This document shows positions 1 to 9,049 of a stretch of 64,000 nucleotides of DNA, piece after piece. The position numbers and the translations under genes are program-made. Position 1 is the stretch's first letter. Every line of letters begins with the position of its first letter. This stretch comes from Candidatus Caldarchaeales archaeon (GTDB taxonomy: Archaea > Thermoproteota > Nitrososphaeria_A > Caldarchaeales > Calditenuaceae), in assembly GCA_039630085.1 (NCBI GenBank), contig JBCNVM010000003.1, forward strand, positions 32,001-96,000, written 5' to 3'. A model generated the notes under the pieces. It searched no databases. It had not been told where the DNA came from and was given only the letters and a program-made list of their open reading frames with translations.

Positions 1-53
1 CGCCGTCGGACATGGTCTTCAGGGCGAGGAAAGAGGTGGAGGTAGAGTTCTGA
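1..53 (+). CDS. 3' end of a probable antitoxin (partial)
   Basis: Frame 3 reads PSDMVFRARKEVEVEF* and stops 1 nt before a PIN-like ORF, the usual VapBC arrangement. Confidence 0.35.
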   Translation, partial: PSDMVFRARKEVEVEF

Positions 54-54
54 G

Positions 55-495
55 TTGGACGCGCTCGGTTCGGATGTCCTCACCCTTCACCACCTCTCGC
101 TGGAGTCCGACCTCAGGTACCGGGATAACGAGCTCTACCTCCAGTCGGTGAGGGGCGTGACGAAGGCCGTGACCGTCTACGACCTGCTCAACTTGGTGGC
201 AGCGGTCGCTGACGCGGTCGGCGAGCGGGAGGCCCGGGAACTCTACGCCGCTTACCTGAGGAGCGAGGAGCACGTCGTCCTCTTTCCCAGGCCGCCAGGA
301 TCCTGGGAGGAGCTGATGGAGGAGGTGATGCCGTACGTCCTGAAGGGCCTCGACCACGACGGCGCGCTGATCGCGCTGGCCGTAGCCTCGCACCATGAAG
401 TGAGGAGGTACGTCACTTGGAAGAAGTCCTACAGGGGAAAGATGCCGGTGACGGTGGTATCACCTAGAGAGTGTTTGGGTAGTACAAGGGTATGA
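55..495 (+). CDS. PIN-domain (VapC-like) protein
   Basis: 146 aa; N-terminal acidic motif (DALGSDVL), later DHDGALIALA and YVTW segments resembling PIN folds. Confidence 0.5.
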   Translation: MDALGSDVLTLHHLSLESDLRYRDNELYLQSVRGVTKAVTVYDLLNLVAAVADAVGEREARELYAAYLRSEEHVVLFPRPPGSWEELMEEVMPYVLKGLDHDGALIALAVASHHEVRRYVTWKKSYRGKMPVTVVSPRECLGSTRV

Positions 496-543
496 TCGGG
501 CGCGCTCAAACTTATCTCCGCTCAAGTCCGGCCGATCGAGGGG

Positions 544-1182
544 TTGGAGGTTCAGCAGGTCCTCGAGCAGCTCAGGTCGAAGGACCCGAAGGAGGTATCG
601 AGGAGGTGCGAGGTCGCCTTCCTCCCCCCTAAGGAGGGCGCCGGGGCCCGATACCTCGTCAACGTCTTAGACCTGACGTACTGTGTTCACTTGGACAGCG
701 GGGTCGCGGAGGAGGTCATCACCGAGGACGAGGCCGACGAGGGCCTCACAAGGGTCCTCCTGAAGTACCTCGTCTTCCAGTGCTCGGTCGAGCAGGAGAG
801 GGGCTGGGTGGGGATCGACAGGTTCGCGGGAGCATCGCAGCACCACGGCGAGTTCGTCAGGAGGGTGATGAGGCCCTTCCTGGAGCACTTCGGTAGCAGC
901 GGCCAGCTCTTCGAGGCGACCTCGAGGCAGATCGGCGGGACGCAGGAGAGGCTCGGCGGCATCGCGTTCAGCTTCAGGTTCCTGCCGCGGGTGCAGGCGT
1001 TGGTGCAGCTGTGGCCCGGCGACGAGAGGGGCCTCAGGAGGCCCTCCGCGAACATCATGTTCTCCTCCCACAGCGTCAAGATCTGGGACGGAAGGGACGC
1101 GGTCGCGGCCTCGGAGTTCCTCGTGAGGAGGCTGAGGGGATCGAGGAGGTCCAGGAGGAGGAGCGCTAGGGCTCAGGAGTAG
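544..1182 (+). CDS. DUF3786-like protein
   Basis: FLPRVQALVQLWPGDE...PSANIMF matches my recollection of the DUF3786 signature. Confidence 0.65.
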   Translation: MEVQQVLEQLRSKDPKEVSRRCEVAFLPPKEGAGARYLVNVLDLTYCVHLDSGVAEEVITEDEADEGLTRVLLKYLVFQCSVEQERGWVGIDRFAGASQHHGEFVRRVMRPFLEHFGSSGQLFEATSRQIGGTQERLGGIAFSFRFLPRVQALVQLWPGDERGLRRPSANIMFSSHSVKIWDGRDAVAASEFLVRRLRGSRRSRRRSARAQE

Positions 1183-1733
1183 CCCCTTCCAGGCCAAACG
1201 TCCTCGCGCCTCCCCTCCCTCTCGTTGACGAACCTCGCCAAGTAGAAGAGCAGCGTCGAGAGCCTGTTCAGGTACCTAATGACCTGAGGGTTGACACTCT
1301 CCCTGTCCGAGAGCACGACGACGTGTCGCTCCGCCCTCCTCGCAACCGCCCTCGCGAGGTGGAGCATCGAGCCCGCCAGCGACCCCGAGGGGTAGACGAA
1401 ATGTCTCAAGGGCTCTAAGGACCTGATGTAGCGGTCCAGAGTTTCCTCGAGGGACTTCACGTCGTCCTCGGTGACCACGTCGACGCCCAGCGACTTCGGG
1501 TCCTCAGCAGCGAGCTCGGCGCCGATCCTGAAGAGGACCGACTGGACGGACTTGAGGAGCTCATCGATGTCAGCGTGCCCTTCCCTCAGCACCGCCCTGC
1601 AGACCCCGATCAGCGAGTTGAGCTCGTCGACCTCGCCGAGGCAGGTCACCCTCAGGTCGTACTTCCGTACCCTCCTCCCCTCGAGCAGCCAGGTGCTCCC
1701 GTCGTCGCCGGTCCCGTAGAGCTGCCCGGTCAA
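1173..1733 (-). CDS. pduO: PduO-type cob(I)alamin adenosyltransferase
   Basis: YGTGDDGST, GEVDELNSLIG, RAVARRAER and YLNRLS motifs. Confidence 0.92.
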   Translation of the reverse strand: MTGQLYGTGDDGSTWLLEGRRVRKYDLRVTCLGEVDELNSLIGVCRAVLREGHADIDELLKSVQSVLFRIGAELAAEDPKSLGVDVVTEDDVKSLEETLDRYIRSLEPLRHFVYPSGSLAGSMLHLARAVARRAERHVVVLSDRESVNPQVIRYLNRLSTLLFYLARFVNEREGRREDVWPGRGYS

Positions 1734-1789
1734 CCCGGTGTCCCGGGGATCGCGAGGTATATTTAGGGAGAGCAGCGCTGCGCAGCTGG

Positions 1790-1981
1790 ATGTCGAGGCC
1801 GGGTTCGACCTACCAGTGCGTCAGGTGCAAGTCGCTCTTCGAGGCCGACATCGGGCCGAAGGCGGCGCAGCTGAAGTGCCCCAACTGCGGCTTCACGGTC
1901 GTCAGGAAGCCAAGGCCGTCGGTCGCCAGGCTGGTCAGCTCCTCGAAGCTCTCGGAAGAGGTCAAGCTCTTCCACACCTGA
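1790..1981 (+). CDS. rpoP: DNA-directed RNA polymerase subunit P (Rpo12)
   Basis: YxCxxC...CPNCG...RKPRP zinc ribbon; TATA-like element (tatattta) upstream. Confidence 0.8.
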   Translation: MSRPGSTYQCVRCKSLFEADIGPKAAQLKCPNCGFTVVRKPRPSVARLVSSSKLSEEVKLFHT

Positions 1982-2022
1982 GGGTCAAACGTATATTCAG
2001 TGTCGCGAAAAGTAAAACACGG

Positions 2023-2667
2023 ATGAGGTTCAGGGACAGGTGGGAGGCCGGCAGGAGGCTGCTCCCGCTCGTGAGGGGCAAGGTGGGACGCGAGAGCGCA
2101 GTGCTCGCGATACCCCGGGGGGGCGTGGTGGTGGGTTACGTGATCGCCGAGGGACTCGGCGCGCCGCTCGACTTGGTGATGGTGAAGAAGATAGGCGTGC
2201 CGGGAAACCCGGAGCTGGCCGCGGGCGCGGTCGCGGAGGGAGGAGAGGTCTACGTCGAGGAGGAGGTCGTTCAGCTCTACGGTCTGGAGAGGCAGTACGT
2301 TTTCAGGCGGGCCGAGTCGGAGCTCGAGGCGCTGAGGAGGAGGGCATCTGAGTTGAGGGGAGGGCTCGACCCGATACCGGTGAGGGGGAGGGACGTGGTC
2401 CTCACCGACGACGGCATGGCAACCGGATCGACGGTGATCGCGGCCTGCAGGCACGTGAGGGGGAGATCGCCTAGGAGGCTGATAGTGGCCGTGCCAGTCG
2501 CGTCCGTCGAGGCCGCCAACAGGGTCTCCCAAGAGGCCGACGAGCTGGTGGTCCTGGAGGTCCCGGAGGAATTCATCGCGGTCGGGGAGTTCTACGAGGA
2601 CTTCGGCCAAGTCGAAGACAGCACCGTCAGGGAGCTGATCGCCCGCTCGAGGTCGAGGATGCCTTGA
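2023..2667 (+). CDS. Phosphoribosyltransferase family protein
   Basis: FRDRWEAG, IPRGG, KKIGVPGNPELAAGA and PRPP-binding VLTDDGMATG. Start reassigned to ATG 2023. Confidence 0.88.
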   Translation: MRFRDRWEAGRRLLPLVRGKVGRESAVLAIPRGGVVVGYVIAEGLGAPLDLVMVKKIGVPGNPELAAGAVAEGGEVYVEEEVVQLYGLERQYVFRRAESELEALRRRASELRGGLDPIPVRGRDVVLTDDGMATGSTVIAACRHVRGRSPRRLIVAVPVASVEAANRVSQEADELVVLEVPEEFIAVGEFYEDFGQVEDSTVRELIARSRSRMP

Positions 2668-2879
2668 GGGACCCGCTTCTGATCACGGGCCTCGTCCTCA
2701 CCGCGCTGGGGATATCGCTCGTCATCCTCTCGCTCCTGCCGAGGGTCCTGCCCAAGCTCGAGGAGGTCCACCCGCTGCTGCTGGTGACCGTGAGGCTCGA
2801 CGGGCTCACCGTGGGGACCTCGCCGCTCCTCCTGATCGTCCTCGCGCTCGTTTACCTGCTGCTCCTCCTCCGGCAATGA
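2664..2879 (+). CDS. Small membrane protein
   Basis: Two hydrophobic helices; start overlaps the upstream stop by 4 nt. Confidence 0.6.
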   Translation: MRDPLLITGLVLTALGISLVILSLLPRVLPKLEEVHPLLLVTVRLDGLTVGTSPLLLIVLALVYLLLLLRQ

Positions 2880-2940
2880 CGGGAGAAGCGCAGGTTAAGG
2901 CTAATAGGACGGTCCCGGAGTTGTATCTACTGAGGGCGCT

Positions 2941-3025
2941 GCGGGGGTAGCCAAGCCTGGTCAAAGGCGCAGGGCTCAGGGCCCTGTCCCGTAGGGGTTC
3001 GTGGGTTCGAATCCCACCCCCCGCA
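2941..3025 (+). tRNA. tRNA-Leu(CAG)
   Basis: Cloverleaf with CAGGG-CTCAGGG-CCCTG anticodon arm, long variable arm and GGTTCGAATCC T-loop. Confidence 0.95.
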
Positions 3026-3032
3026 CCGCGTC

Positions 3033-4235
3033 CTATCCTAAAGCCTCGAAGGACTGGAGGACGGTGCCCGCGTAGACCGACCGGATCTGGAGGAAACAGG
3101 TCTCGCTGTAGGTGACGAGCGGCTGCCGGAGCCCCGCGGTTAGCCTGCGGCAGAGCTCGACCGCTTCAGCCCTGTTCCTCGCGAACATACCCCAGACCCC
3201 TCCCATCCCGCAGCACTCTCCCCTAACCTCCCGCACCGTCGCTCCCGCTGCCCTCAGGGCCCTAGCTATCTTCTCGGTGAGTCCCAAGAACTGCGATAAG
3301 CAGCTCGAGTGGAGGACGACTTCCTCCGCCCTAGGCGCGAGGGACCCGGGCCTGGACTCGGCCAGCTCGAGGAGCAGCTCGTTGACGTCGACGACGCTCT
3401 CAGCCACCGACTCGGCCTCTCGGGTCCCGAGGACCTTCGGGTAGACCGACCTGAGTATCATCGTCGACGCCGGTGAGCAGGTGAGCACCCTCTCGCCCTC
3501 CCTGACCCTCTCCGCTAGGCTCCGCACGTTGGTCGCCGCGACCTCCTTGAGCTCGTCGAGGAAGCCGTGCTCGTACAGCAGGACACCGGAGTCCGTCTGG
3601 GGCGGCAGCGAGACCGAGAACCCGTTGCGCGAGAGCAGCTCGACGACCCTGAAGGCCGAGGAGGGCCTCACGTACCGATAGAAGGTGTCCGCGAAGAGAG
3701 CAAACCTCACGGCCCCTCGGTCACGGCGTAGCCCTCGCAGGAGGTCGTCAAGGCTTCCACCCTCCGGGAGGGGAAGGGGCGCGTCCCGCGACGTCCCGAT
3801 CGCCCACTCGAGGAGGACCCTGCCCGGCCTCTTAGCGAGGGCGCCGAGCAGGGGACGCGGCAGCCTCGAGAGGAGCGGCGCGTACCTGTGATAGATGAGG
3901 GCGAGGGCCTCCTCGCGGCGGACGCCGACCGCCTTGTGGTACGCGTGCCGGTATCCCCTGATGACGTCGGGGATCGGAATGCCAGCGGGGCAGACCTTCA
4001 CGCACCTGTTGCACCCGAAGCAGAGGTCCATGAGCTCCGCGAGCTCCTCGTCGAAGACCTCCTCCAGGTGGCCGTCGAGGGCCGACTGGATCAGCACGAT
4101 CCTTCCGCGTGAAGTCCTCGAGGGCCTGTAGGCTGACCTGACCAGGCTGGTCGGGCAGACCGAGTTGCAGAACCCGCACCGGACGCACCTCTCCGCGAGG
4201 AAGGCGTCGCCGCCGAGCAGCTCCCTGAGGCTCAA
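3033..4235 (-). CDS. Fe-S oxidoreductase (GlcF/GlpC/HdrD-like; 2x[4Fe-4S] plus CCG domains)
   Basis: CVRCGFCNSVCP and CFGCNRCVKVCP ferredoxin motifs; ECCGMGG. Confidence 0.85.
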   Translation of the reverse strand: MSLRELLGGDAFLAERCVRCGFCNSVCPTSLVRSAYRPSRTSRGRIVLIQSALDGHLEEVFDEELAELMDLCFGCNRCVKVCPAGIPIPDVIRGYRHAYHKAVGVRREEALALIYHRYAPLLSRLPRPLLGALAKRPGRVLLEWAIGTSRDAPLPLPEGGSLDDLLRGLRRDRGAVRFALFADTFYRYVRPSSAFRVVELLSRNGFSVSLPPQTDSGVLLYEHGFLDELKEVAATNVRSLAERVREGERVLTCSPASTMILRSVYPKVLGTREAESVAESVVDVNELLLELAESRPGSLAPRAEEVVLHSSCLSQFLGLTEKIARALRAAGATVREVRGECCGMGGVWGMFARNRAEAVELCRRLTAGLRQPLVTYSETCFLQIRSVYAGTVLQSFEALG

Positions 4236-4328
4236 GCGCGACGAGACCTCGGTCCCTCGGGATATCCCTTCCTCCCGCCTCCAAGCGGCGTGAAGGCTTT
4301 ATCGGATGCCCGTCGAGGTCTCGACCGG

Positions 4329-4889
4329 TTGAGGGCCTACCGGGTCCGCGTGACGGGGAGGGTGCAGCGGGTCGGTTACAGGAGACACGTCCTCGAGGCG
4401 GCCCAAGAGCTGGGCCTGGCCGGCTTCGTCAGGAACGATGAGGACGGCTCGGTCTCGGTCTTCGTCCAAGGCGAGGAGGAGGCGGTCGAGGCGTTCCTCG
4501 AGAGGATCAAGTCTCCGCCGCCGCCGGCCTCCGTCAAGGACCTCTCGGTGAAGGAGAGCAGGCCTAGGAAGGGGCTGAAGTCCTTCAGGGTGGTCTACGG
4601 CAGGCTCGCCGACGAGCTGCAGGAGGGTTTCGGCGCGATGCAGTCGATCTTCATGGACTACTGGGGTGAGTTCAGGGACTTCCGTCAAGAGTTCAGAGAC
4701 TATCGTCAAGAGTTCAGGGACTACCGCCAGGAGTTCAGGGAGTTCAAGGAGGCCTCTCTGAAGCTGAGCGAGCAGACGCTAGAGGAAGTGAGGGCGGTGA
4801 GGCAGGACCTAAAGGCGATACTCGACGAGCGGCTCGCCCGGATCGAGAGGGACATCGCGGAGATCAAGGCCCGGCTTGGACTCGCTTGA
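4329..4889 (+). CDS. acyP: Acylphosphatase with C-terminal coiled coil
   Basis: VTGRVQRVGYR...GFVRNDEDGSV acylphosphatase signature followed by heptad repeats. Confidence 0.85.
   Translation: MRAYRVRVTGRVQRVGYRRHVLEAAQELGLAGFVRNDEDGSVSVFVQGEEEAVEAFLERIKSPPPPASVKDLSVKESRPRKGLKSFRVVYGRLADELQEGFGAMQSIFMDYWGEFRDFRQEFRDYRQEFRDYRQEFREFKEASLKLSEQTLEEVRAVRQDLKAILDERLARIERDIAEIKARLGLA
4668..4748 (+). repeat. 21-bp tandem repeat (~3.8 copies) encoding EFRD[F/Y]RQ
   Basis: gagttcagggacttccgtcaa / gagttcagagactatcgtcaa / gagttcagggactaccgccag / gagttcagggagttcaag. Confidence 0.85.
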
Positions 4890-5157
4890 TCGGTCCTCCG
4901 CTGCGAGAGCCGAAGCAGTTGGACGACGTCGGCGTTAGCTAGGACACCTGTTCCCTCTGAGCATCGCAGCGCGTCGACGGCGCTCTGTTAAGTCCGAGTC
5001 CGACCTTTGCGAGCTAGCGGTGGATGCCCCCAGGAGGACGGTGCTGCTCGAGCTGTTGCTCTGCGGCAGGTACGCGACGTCGAGCCTCTGGGAGACGGTC
5101 AACCACCTCTGAGAGGTCAGGACGAACCCGCCGGACTTCCCCGAGGAGGAGCTCGAG

Positions 5158-5934
5158 TCAATCGCCAGAGTGCCGCTTCAAGAGGGAGCTCAGGGCGTTG
5201 GCTAAGCTGGGCGAGAACTCGACGCCTCTCCTCTCCCAGACGGGATCCGGCCGATTGCCCACAAGCACGCACCTGACTCCAGCCCTAACGGCCATCTCCG
5301 CGTCGGTCTCCGGGTTGTCGCCGATCACCATCACCTCGTCCCTCTCCAGCCCCATCCTCCCCATCGCCATCTCGAGCATCCTGATGTTCGGCTTGCCCAC
5401 CACCACGGGGCTTCTGTTTGTCGCCGCCTCGATGAAGGCCACGATCGACCCGGCGCCTGGGATGCCACCCTCCTCGAGCGGCAGGTACCTGTCCCTGTTC
5501 GTCGCGACGAACTCCGCGCCCCTCAGGACCGCCCTGCAGGCTTCGGCGAGCTTCGAGTACGTGACGTTCCTGTCGAGCCCGACCACGACGACCTCCGACT
5601 CCGCCGCTCCCACCACGGAGTGCCCCGACCTCACCAGCTCCTCGATCAGCCCCGCCTCGCCGATCGCGAAGGCCCTCACCTCGCCGTAGTTCTCAAGCAG
5701 ATGCTTCGCGGTCGCGTAGCTCGAGGTGATTATCTCGTCGATCCTGCAGTCGAGGCCCAAGGAGCGGAGCTTCCAGAGGACGTACCTTACGCTGTAGGTC
5801 GAGTTGTTCGTGAGGAACGTCAGCTTCAGCCCCGCGTCCCTCCAGGCAGCGATCGACTCCGCCGCCCGCTCAACCAGCCTCGAGCCCACGATGACCGTTC
5901 CGTCCAGATCCAGAACGAGGCCTCTGACCGACAT
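5158..5934 (-). CDS. HAD-IIA (NagD-like) phosphatase
   Basis: LDLDGT, LTNNS, GKPN and IGDNPETD motifs. This is the real part of the 1151-aa ORF. Confidence 0.9.
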   Translation of the reverse strand: MSVRGLVLDLDGTVIVGSRLVERAAESIAAWRDAGLKLTFLTNNSTYSVRYVLWKLRSLGLDCRIDEIITSSYATAKHLLENYGEVRAFAIGEAGLIEELVRSGHSVVGAAESEVVVVGLDRNVTYSKLAEACRAVLRGAEFVATNRDRYLPLEEGGIPGAGSIVAFIEAATNRSPVVVGKPNIRMLEMAMGRMGLERDEVMVIGDNPETDAEMAVRAGVRCVLVGNRPDPVWERRGVEFSPSLANALSSLLKRHSGD

Positions 5935-6063
5935 CCGGAGATCTTCGAGCCGGGCGCGGTCTTTACCTTTCGCCGCCGCGGGGATGACGCGAGTCCGACA
6001 GGAAAGCGCTGCCTCGGGGCCACAATATTTTTCAGATGGGGAGCAAGAGCTATAAACTGAGCC

Positions 6064-8724
6064 ATGCAGAAGCGGTACGTTTACCTCTTCGAGGAGGCGA
6101 AGGGTCTCACGAGGTTCGAGCTCGGGGGGAAGGGATACGGACTCGTCGAGATGAGCGCCGCCGGGCTGCCGGTCCCGCCGGGCCTCGTGATAACGACGGA
6201 GGCGTGCAGGGAGTACTACCGGAACGGAGGCACGATGCCGGAGGGGTTGATGGAGCAGGTCACGGAGAAGCTTAGGCAGCTCGAGGCGAAGACCGGGAAG
6301 AGGCTCGGGGACCCCGAGAGGCCGCTGCTGGTCTCGGTCAGGTCCGGCGCGCCGTACTCGATGCCGGGGATGATGGACACGATCCTGAACGTCGGGCTGA
6401 ACGACGGGGTGGTGAAGGCGCTCGCGAGGGCGACTGGGAACGAGAGGTTCGCCTACGACGCGTACCGCAGGCTCCTCCAGATGTTCGGGAGGATCGTCTT
6501 GGGCATCCCCGGCGAGAGGTTCGAGTCGGTGCTGAGGCAGCGCAAGGAGAGGGAGGGGGTCAAGCACGACCACGAGCTCCCGGTCGGCGCGCTGAAGTCG
6601 ATCGTCGAGGAGTTCAAGGCGATCATCAGGGAGCACTCCGGGAGGGAGTTCCCCCAGGACCCGCAGGAGCAGATCAGGATGGCGATCGAGGCGGTCTTCA
6701 GGTCCTGGAACAACCCGAGGGCCGTCGAGTACCGGAGGTACTACAAGATCAGCGACGAGCTGGGGACCGCGGTTAACGTTCAGACGATGGTCTTCGGGAA
6801 CATGGGCTTCGACTCCGGGACCGGCGTGGGGTTCACTAGGGACCCGTCGACGGGCGAGAAGAGGCTCTACGGGGAGTACCTGCCCAACGCGCAGGGCGAG
6901 GACGTCGTCGCCGGGATAAGGACGCCCCTGCCGATCGAGAGCGTCGAACCCGAGCTGAGGGCGAAGCTGGAGGAGGTCGCGGGCCTGCTGGAGAGGCACT
7001 TCAGGGACATGCAGGACTTCGAGTTCACCGTCGAGTCCGGGAAGCTCTACCTCCTCCAGACGAGGAACGGCAAGAGGACCGCGCAGGCCGCGGTGAAGAT
7101 AGCGGTCGACATGGTCAGGGAGGGCCTGATAACGGTCGAGGAGGCGCTGATGAGGGTCGAGCCCTCCGAGCTCGTCCACCTGCTCCACAGGAGGCTGGAC
7201 CCGCGGGCAAAGGTTCAGCCGATAGCGAAGGGACTCAACGCGTCGCCCGGCGTCGCGACCGGCAAGGTCGTCTTCACCGTCGAGGAGGCGGTCAGGCTGG
7301 CGTCCCAGGGCGAGAAGGTGATACTCGTGAGGCCGGAGACCACCCCCGACGACATCAAGGGGATCATCGCGGCCCAGGGAGTCCTGACCAGTAGGGGAGG
7401 GATGACCAGCCACGCCGCGGTCGTGACGAGGGGCATGGGCAAGCCCGCGGTGGTGGGCTGCGAGAGCATCAGGATCGACCTGGAGGCGGAGCAGTTCGTG
7501 ACCGAGGGCGGAGTAGTGGTGAGGAGGGGCGACGTCATCACCATCGACGGGTCGACGGGCAACGTGATGCTGGGAGAGGTCCCGACCGTCGAGCCCGAGA
7601 TGACGGAGGAGCTGAGGACGCTGCTCGGATGGGCCGACGAGGTGAGGAGGCTCGGGGTCAGGGCCAACGCGGACACGCCCGAGGCCGCGAGGAGGGCGAG
7701 GGAGTTCGGGGCCGAGGGCATCGGCCTCTGCAGGACCGAGAGGATGTTCAACGCGCCCGAGAGGCTCCCGATCGTAAGGGAGATGATAATGGCGACGAAC
7801 GAGGAGGAGAGGAAGAGGGCCCTCGAGAAGCTCTTCCCGCTTCAGCTGGGCGACTTCAAGGAGATCTTCAGGGCGATGAAGGGGCTTCCGGTCACGGTGA
7901 GACTGCTCGACTTGCCGCTCCACGAGTTCCTCCCGCCCATGGAGTCCCTCCTCACCGAGATCTACGAGGCCAAGCTGAGGGGCGTCCCGGAGGAGCAGCT
8001 CGCGGATAGGAGGGCGGTCCTCGCGAAGGTTGAGCAGCTCAGGGAGCACAACCCCATGATCGGGCACAGGGGATGCAGGCTCGCGGTCACGTACCCCGAG
8101 ATCTACAGGATGCAGGTGAGGGCGATACTGCGGGCCGCGATAGAGCTCCTGAGGGAAGAGGGCGAGACGGCGGAGGTCCAGATCATGACGCCGCAGACGT
8201 CGATGGCCTCGGAGCTCGCGTACCTGAGGAGGCTCGTGGAGGAGACCGCGGAGGAGGTCTTCGCGGAGATGGGGATCAGGATACCCTTCAAGTTCGGGAC
8301 GATGATCGAGACGCCGAGGGCCGCGCTCACGGCCGCGGAGGTCGCGAAGCGCGTCGACTTCTTCTCCTTCGGGACCAACGACCTCACCCAGACGACCTTC
8401 GCGTTCAGCAGGGACGACGCGGAGGCCAAGTTCCTCGCGCCGTACCTCGAGAAGGGGCTGCTGAAGGAGAACCCGTTCGAGGTCCTGGACCAGGAAGGCG
8501 TAGGGAGGCTCGTCAGGATCGCGACCGAGGAGGGGAGGGCCTCCAACCCGAGGCTCGAGGTCGGCATCTGCGGCGAGCACGGAGGCGAGCCGAAGAGCAT
8601 CGAGTTCTTCCACTCGGTAGGCCTCAACTACGTCAGCTGCTCTCCGTTCAGGATACCGATAGCGAGGCTCGCGGCCGCGAGGGCAGCGCTCAGGGGGAAG
8701 GTGGCCCAGGCGATAACGGTCTAG
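6064..8724 (+). CDS. ppdK: Pyruvate, phosphate dikinase
   Basis: LGGKG, VSVRSGA..SMPGMMDT, phospho-His GGMTSHAA, GTNDLTQ and GICGEHGG. Confidence 0.97.
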   Translation: MQKRYVYLFEEAKGLTRFELGGKGYGLVEMSAAGLPVPPGLVITTEACREYYRNGGTMPEGLMEQVTEKLRQLEAKTGKRLGDPERPLLVSVRSGAPYSMPGMMDTILNVGLNDGVVKALARATGNERFAYDAYRRLLQMFGRIVLGIPGERFESVLRQRKEREGVKHDHELPVGALKSIVEEFKAIIREHSGREFPQDPQEQIRMAIEAVFRSWNNPRAVEYRRYYKISDELGTAVNVQTMVFGNMGFDSGTGVGFTRDPSTGEKRLYGEYLPNAQGEDVVAGIRTPLPIESVEPELRAKLEEVAGLLERHFRDMQDFEFTVESGKLYLLQTRNGKRTAQAAVKIAVDMVREGLITVEEALMRVEPSELVHLLHRRLDPRAKVQPIAKGLNASPGVATGKVVFTVEEAVRLASQGEKVILVRPETTPDDIKGIIAAQGVLTSRGGMTSHAAVVTRGMGKPAVVGCESIRIDLEAEQFVTEGGVVVRRGDVITIDGSTGNVMLGEVPTVEPEMTEELRTLLGWADEVRRLGVRANADTPEAARRAREFGAEGIGLCRTERMFNAPERLPIVREMIMATNEEERKRALEKLFPLQLGDFKEIFRAMKGLPVTVRLLDLPLHEFLPPMESLLTEIYEAKLRGVPEEQLADRRAVLAKVEQLREHNPMIGHRGCRLAVTYPEIYRMQVRAILRAAIELLREEGETAEVQIMTPQTSMASELAYLRRLVEETAEEVFAEMGIRIPFKFGTMIETPRAALTAAEVAKRVDFFSFGTNDLTQTTFAFSRDDAEAKFLAPYLEKGLLKENPFEVLDQEGVGRLVRIATEEGRASNPRLEVGICGEHGGEPKSIEFFHSVGLNYVSCSPFRIPIARLAAARAALRGKVAQAITV

Positions 8725-9041
8725 CCGCAGCCGGCCTCGACGCTCAAGAGTATTGCGTAACCCCTGTAGGAGAACCTCACGGGCAGCCCGCCCCCCAACC
8801 CGACCTCCGCCAGCGCGGAGCTGAACTCGTTCAAGTCGACCTCCCTCACGACCGGGTCAGGAAGGACAGAGGGCACCTCGTCGCCGAACCTCTCGACCAG
8901 CGACCTCCTCGTCCCGAACCTCTCGACCGCCGTCCTCACCGCCTCGACGAGGCCGAGCCTGCGGAGGTCCTCCTCATCGAGCTCGGGCAGCGAGTCGTCG
9001 CCGAAGGTGGCCGTGACCTTCACCCTTACTGGCCGCGACAA
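8721..9041 (-). CDS. Hypothetical protein
   Basis: 106-aa ORF directly downstream of the SRPBCC gene, with typical codon usage. Confidence 0.5.
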   Translation of the reverse strand: MSRPVRVKVTATFGDDSLPELDEEDLRRLGLVEAVRTAVERFGTRRSLVERFGDEVPSVLPDPVVREVDLNEFSSALAEVGLGGGLPVRFSYRGYAILLSVEAGCG

Positions 9042-9049
9042 GGGCCCCG

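Noticed and set aside
1738-2022. N-terminal extension of the PRT ORF
   Set aside because: It overlaps rpoP in another frame; the real start is probably ATG 2023.
2941-3025. tRNA genes as integration sites (also tRNA-Cys and tRNA-iMet)
   Set aside because: No duplicated tRNA 3' ends or integrase noticed by eye.
4890-5157. Short ORF fragment (MDAPRRTVLLELLLCGRY...)
   Set aside because: About 30 aa with no recognisable family; cannot be supported.
5935-8613. 1151-aa minus-strand ORF
   Set aside because: Mostly the antisense shadow of ppdK in high-GC DNA; only the last 258 aa (HAD phosphatase) look real.
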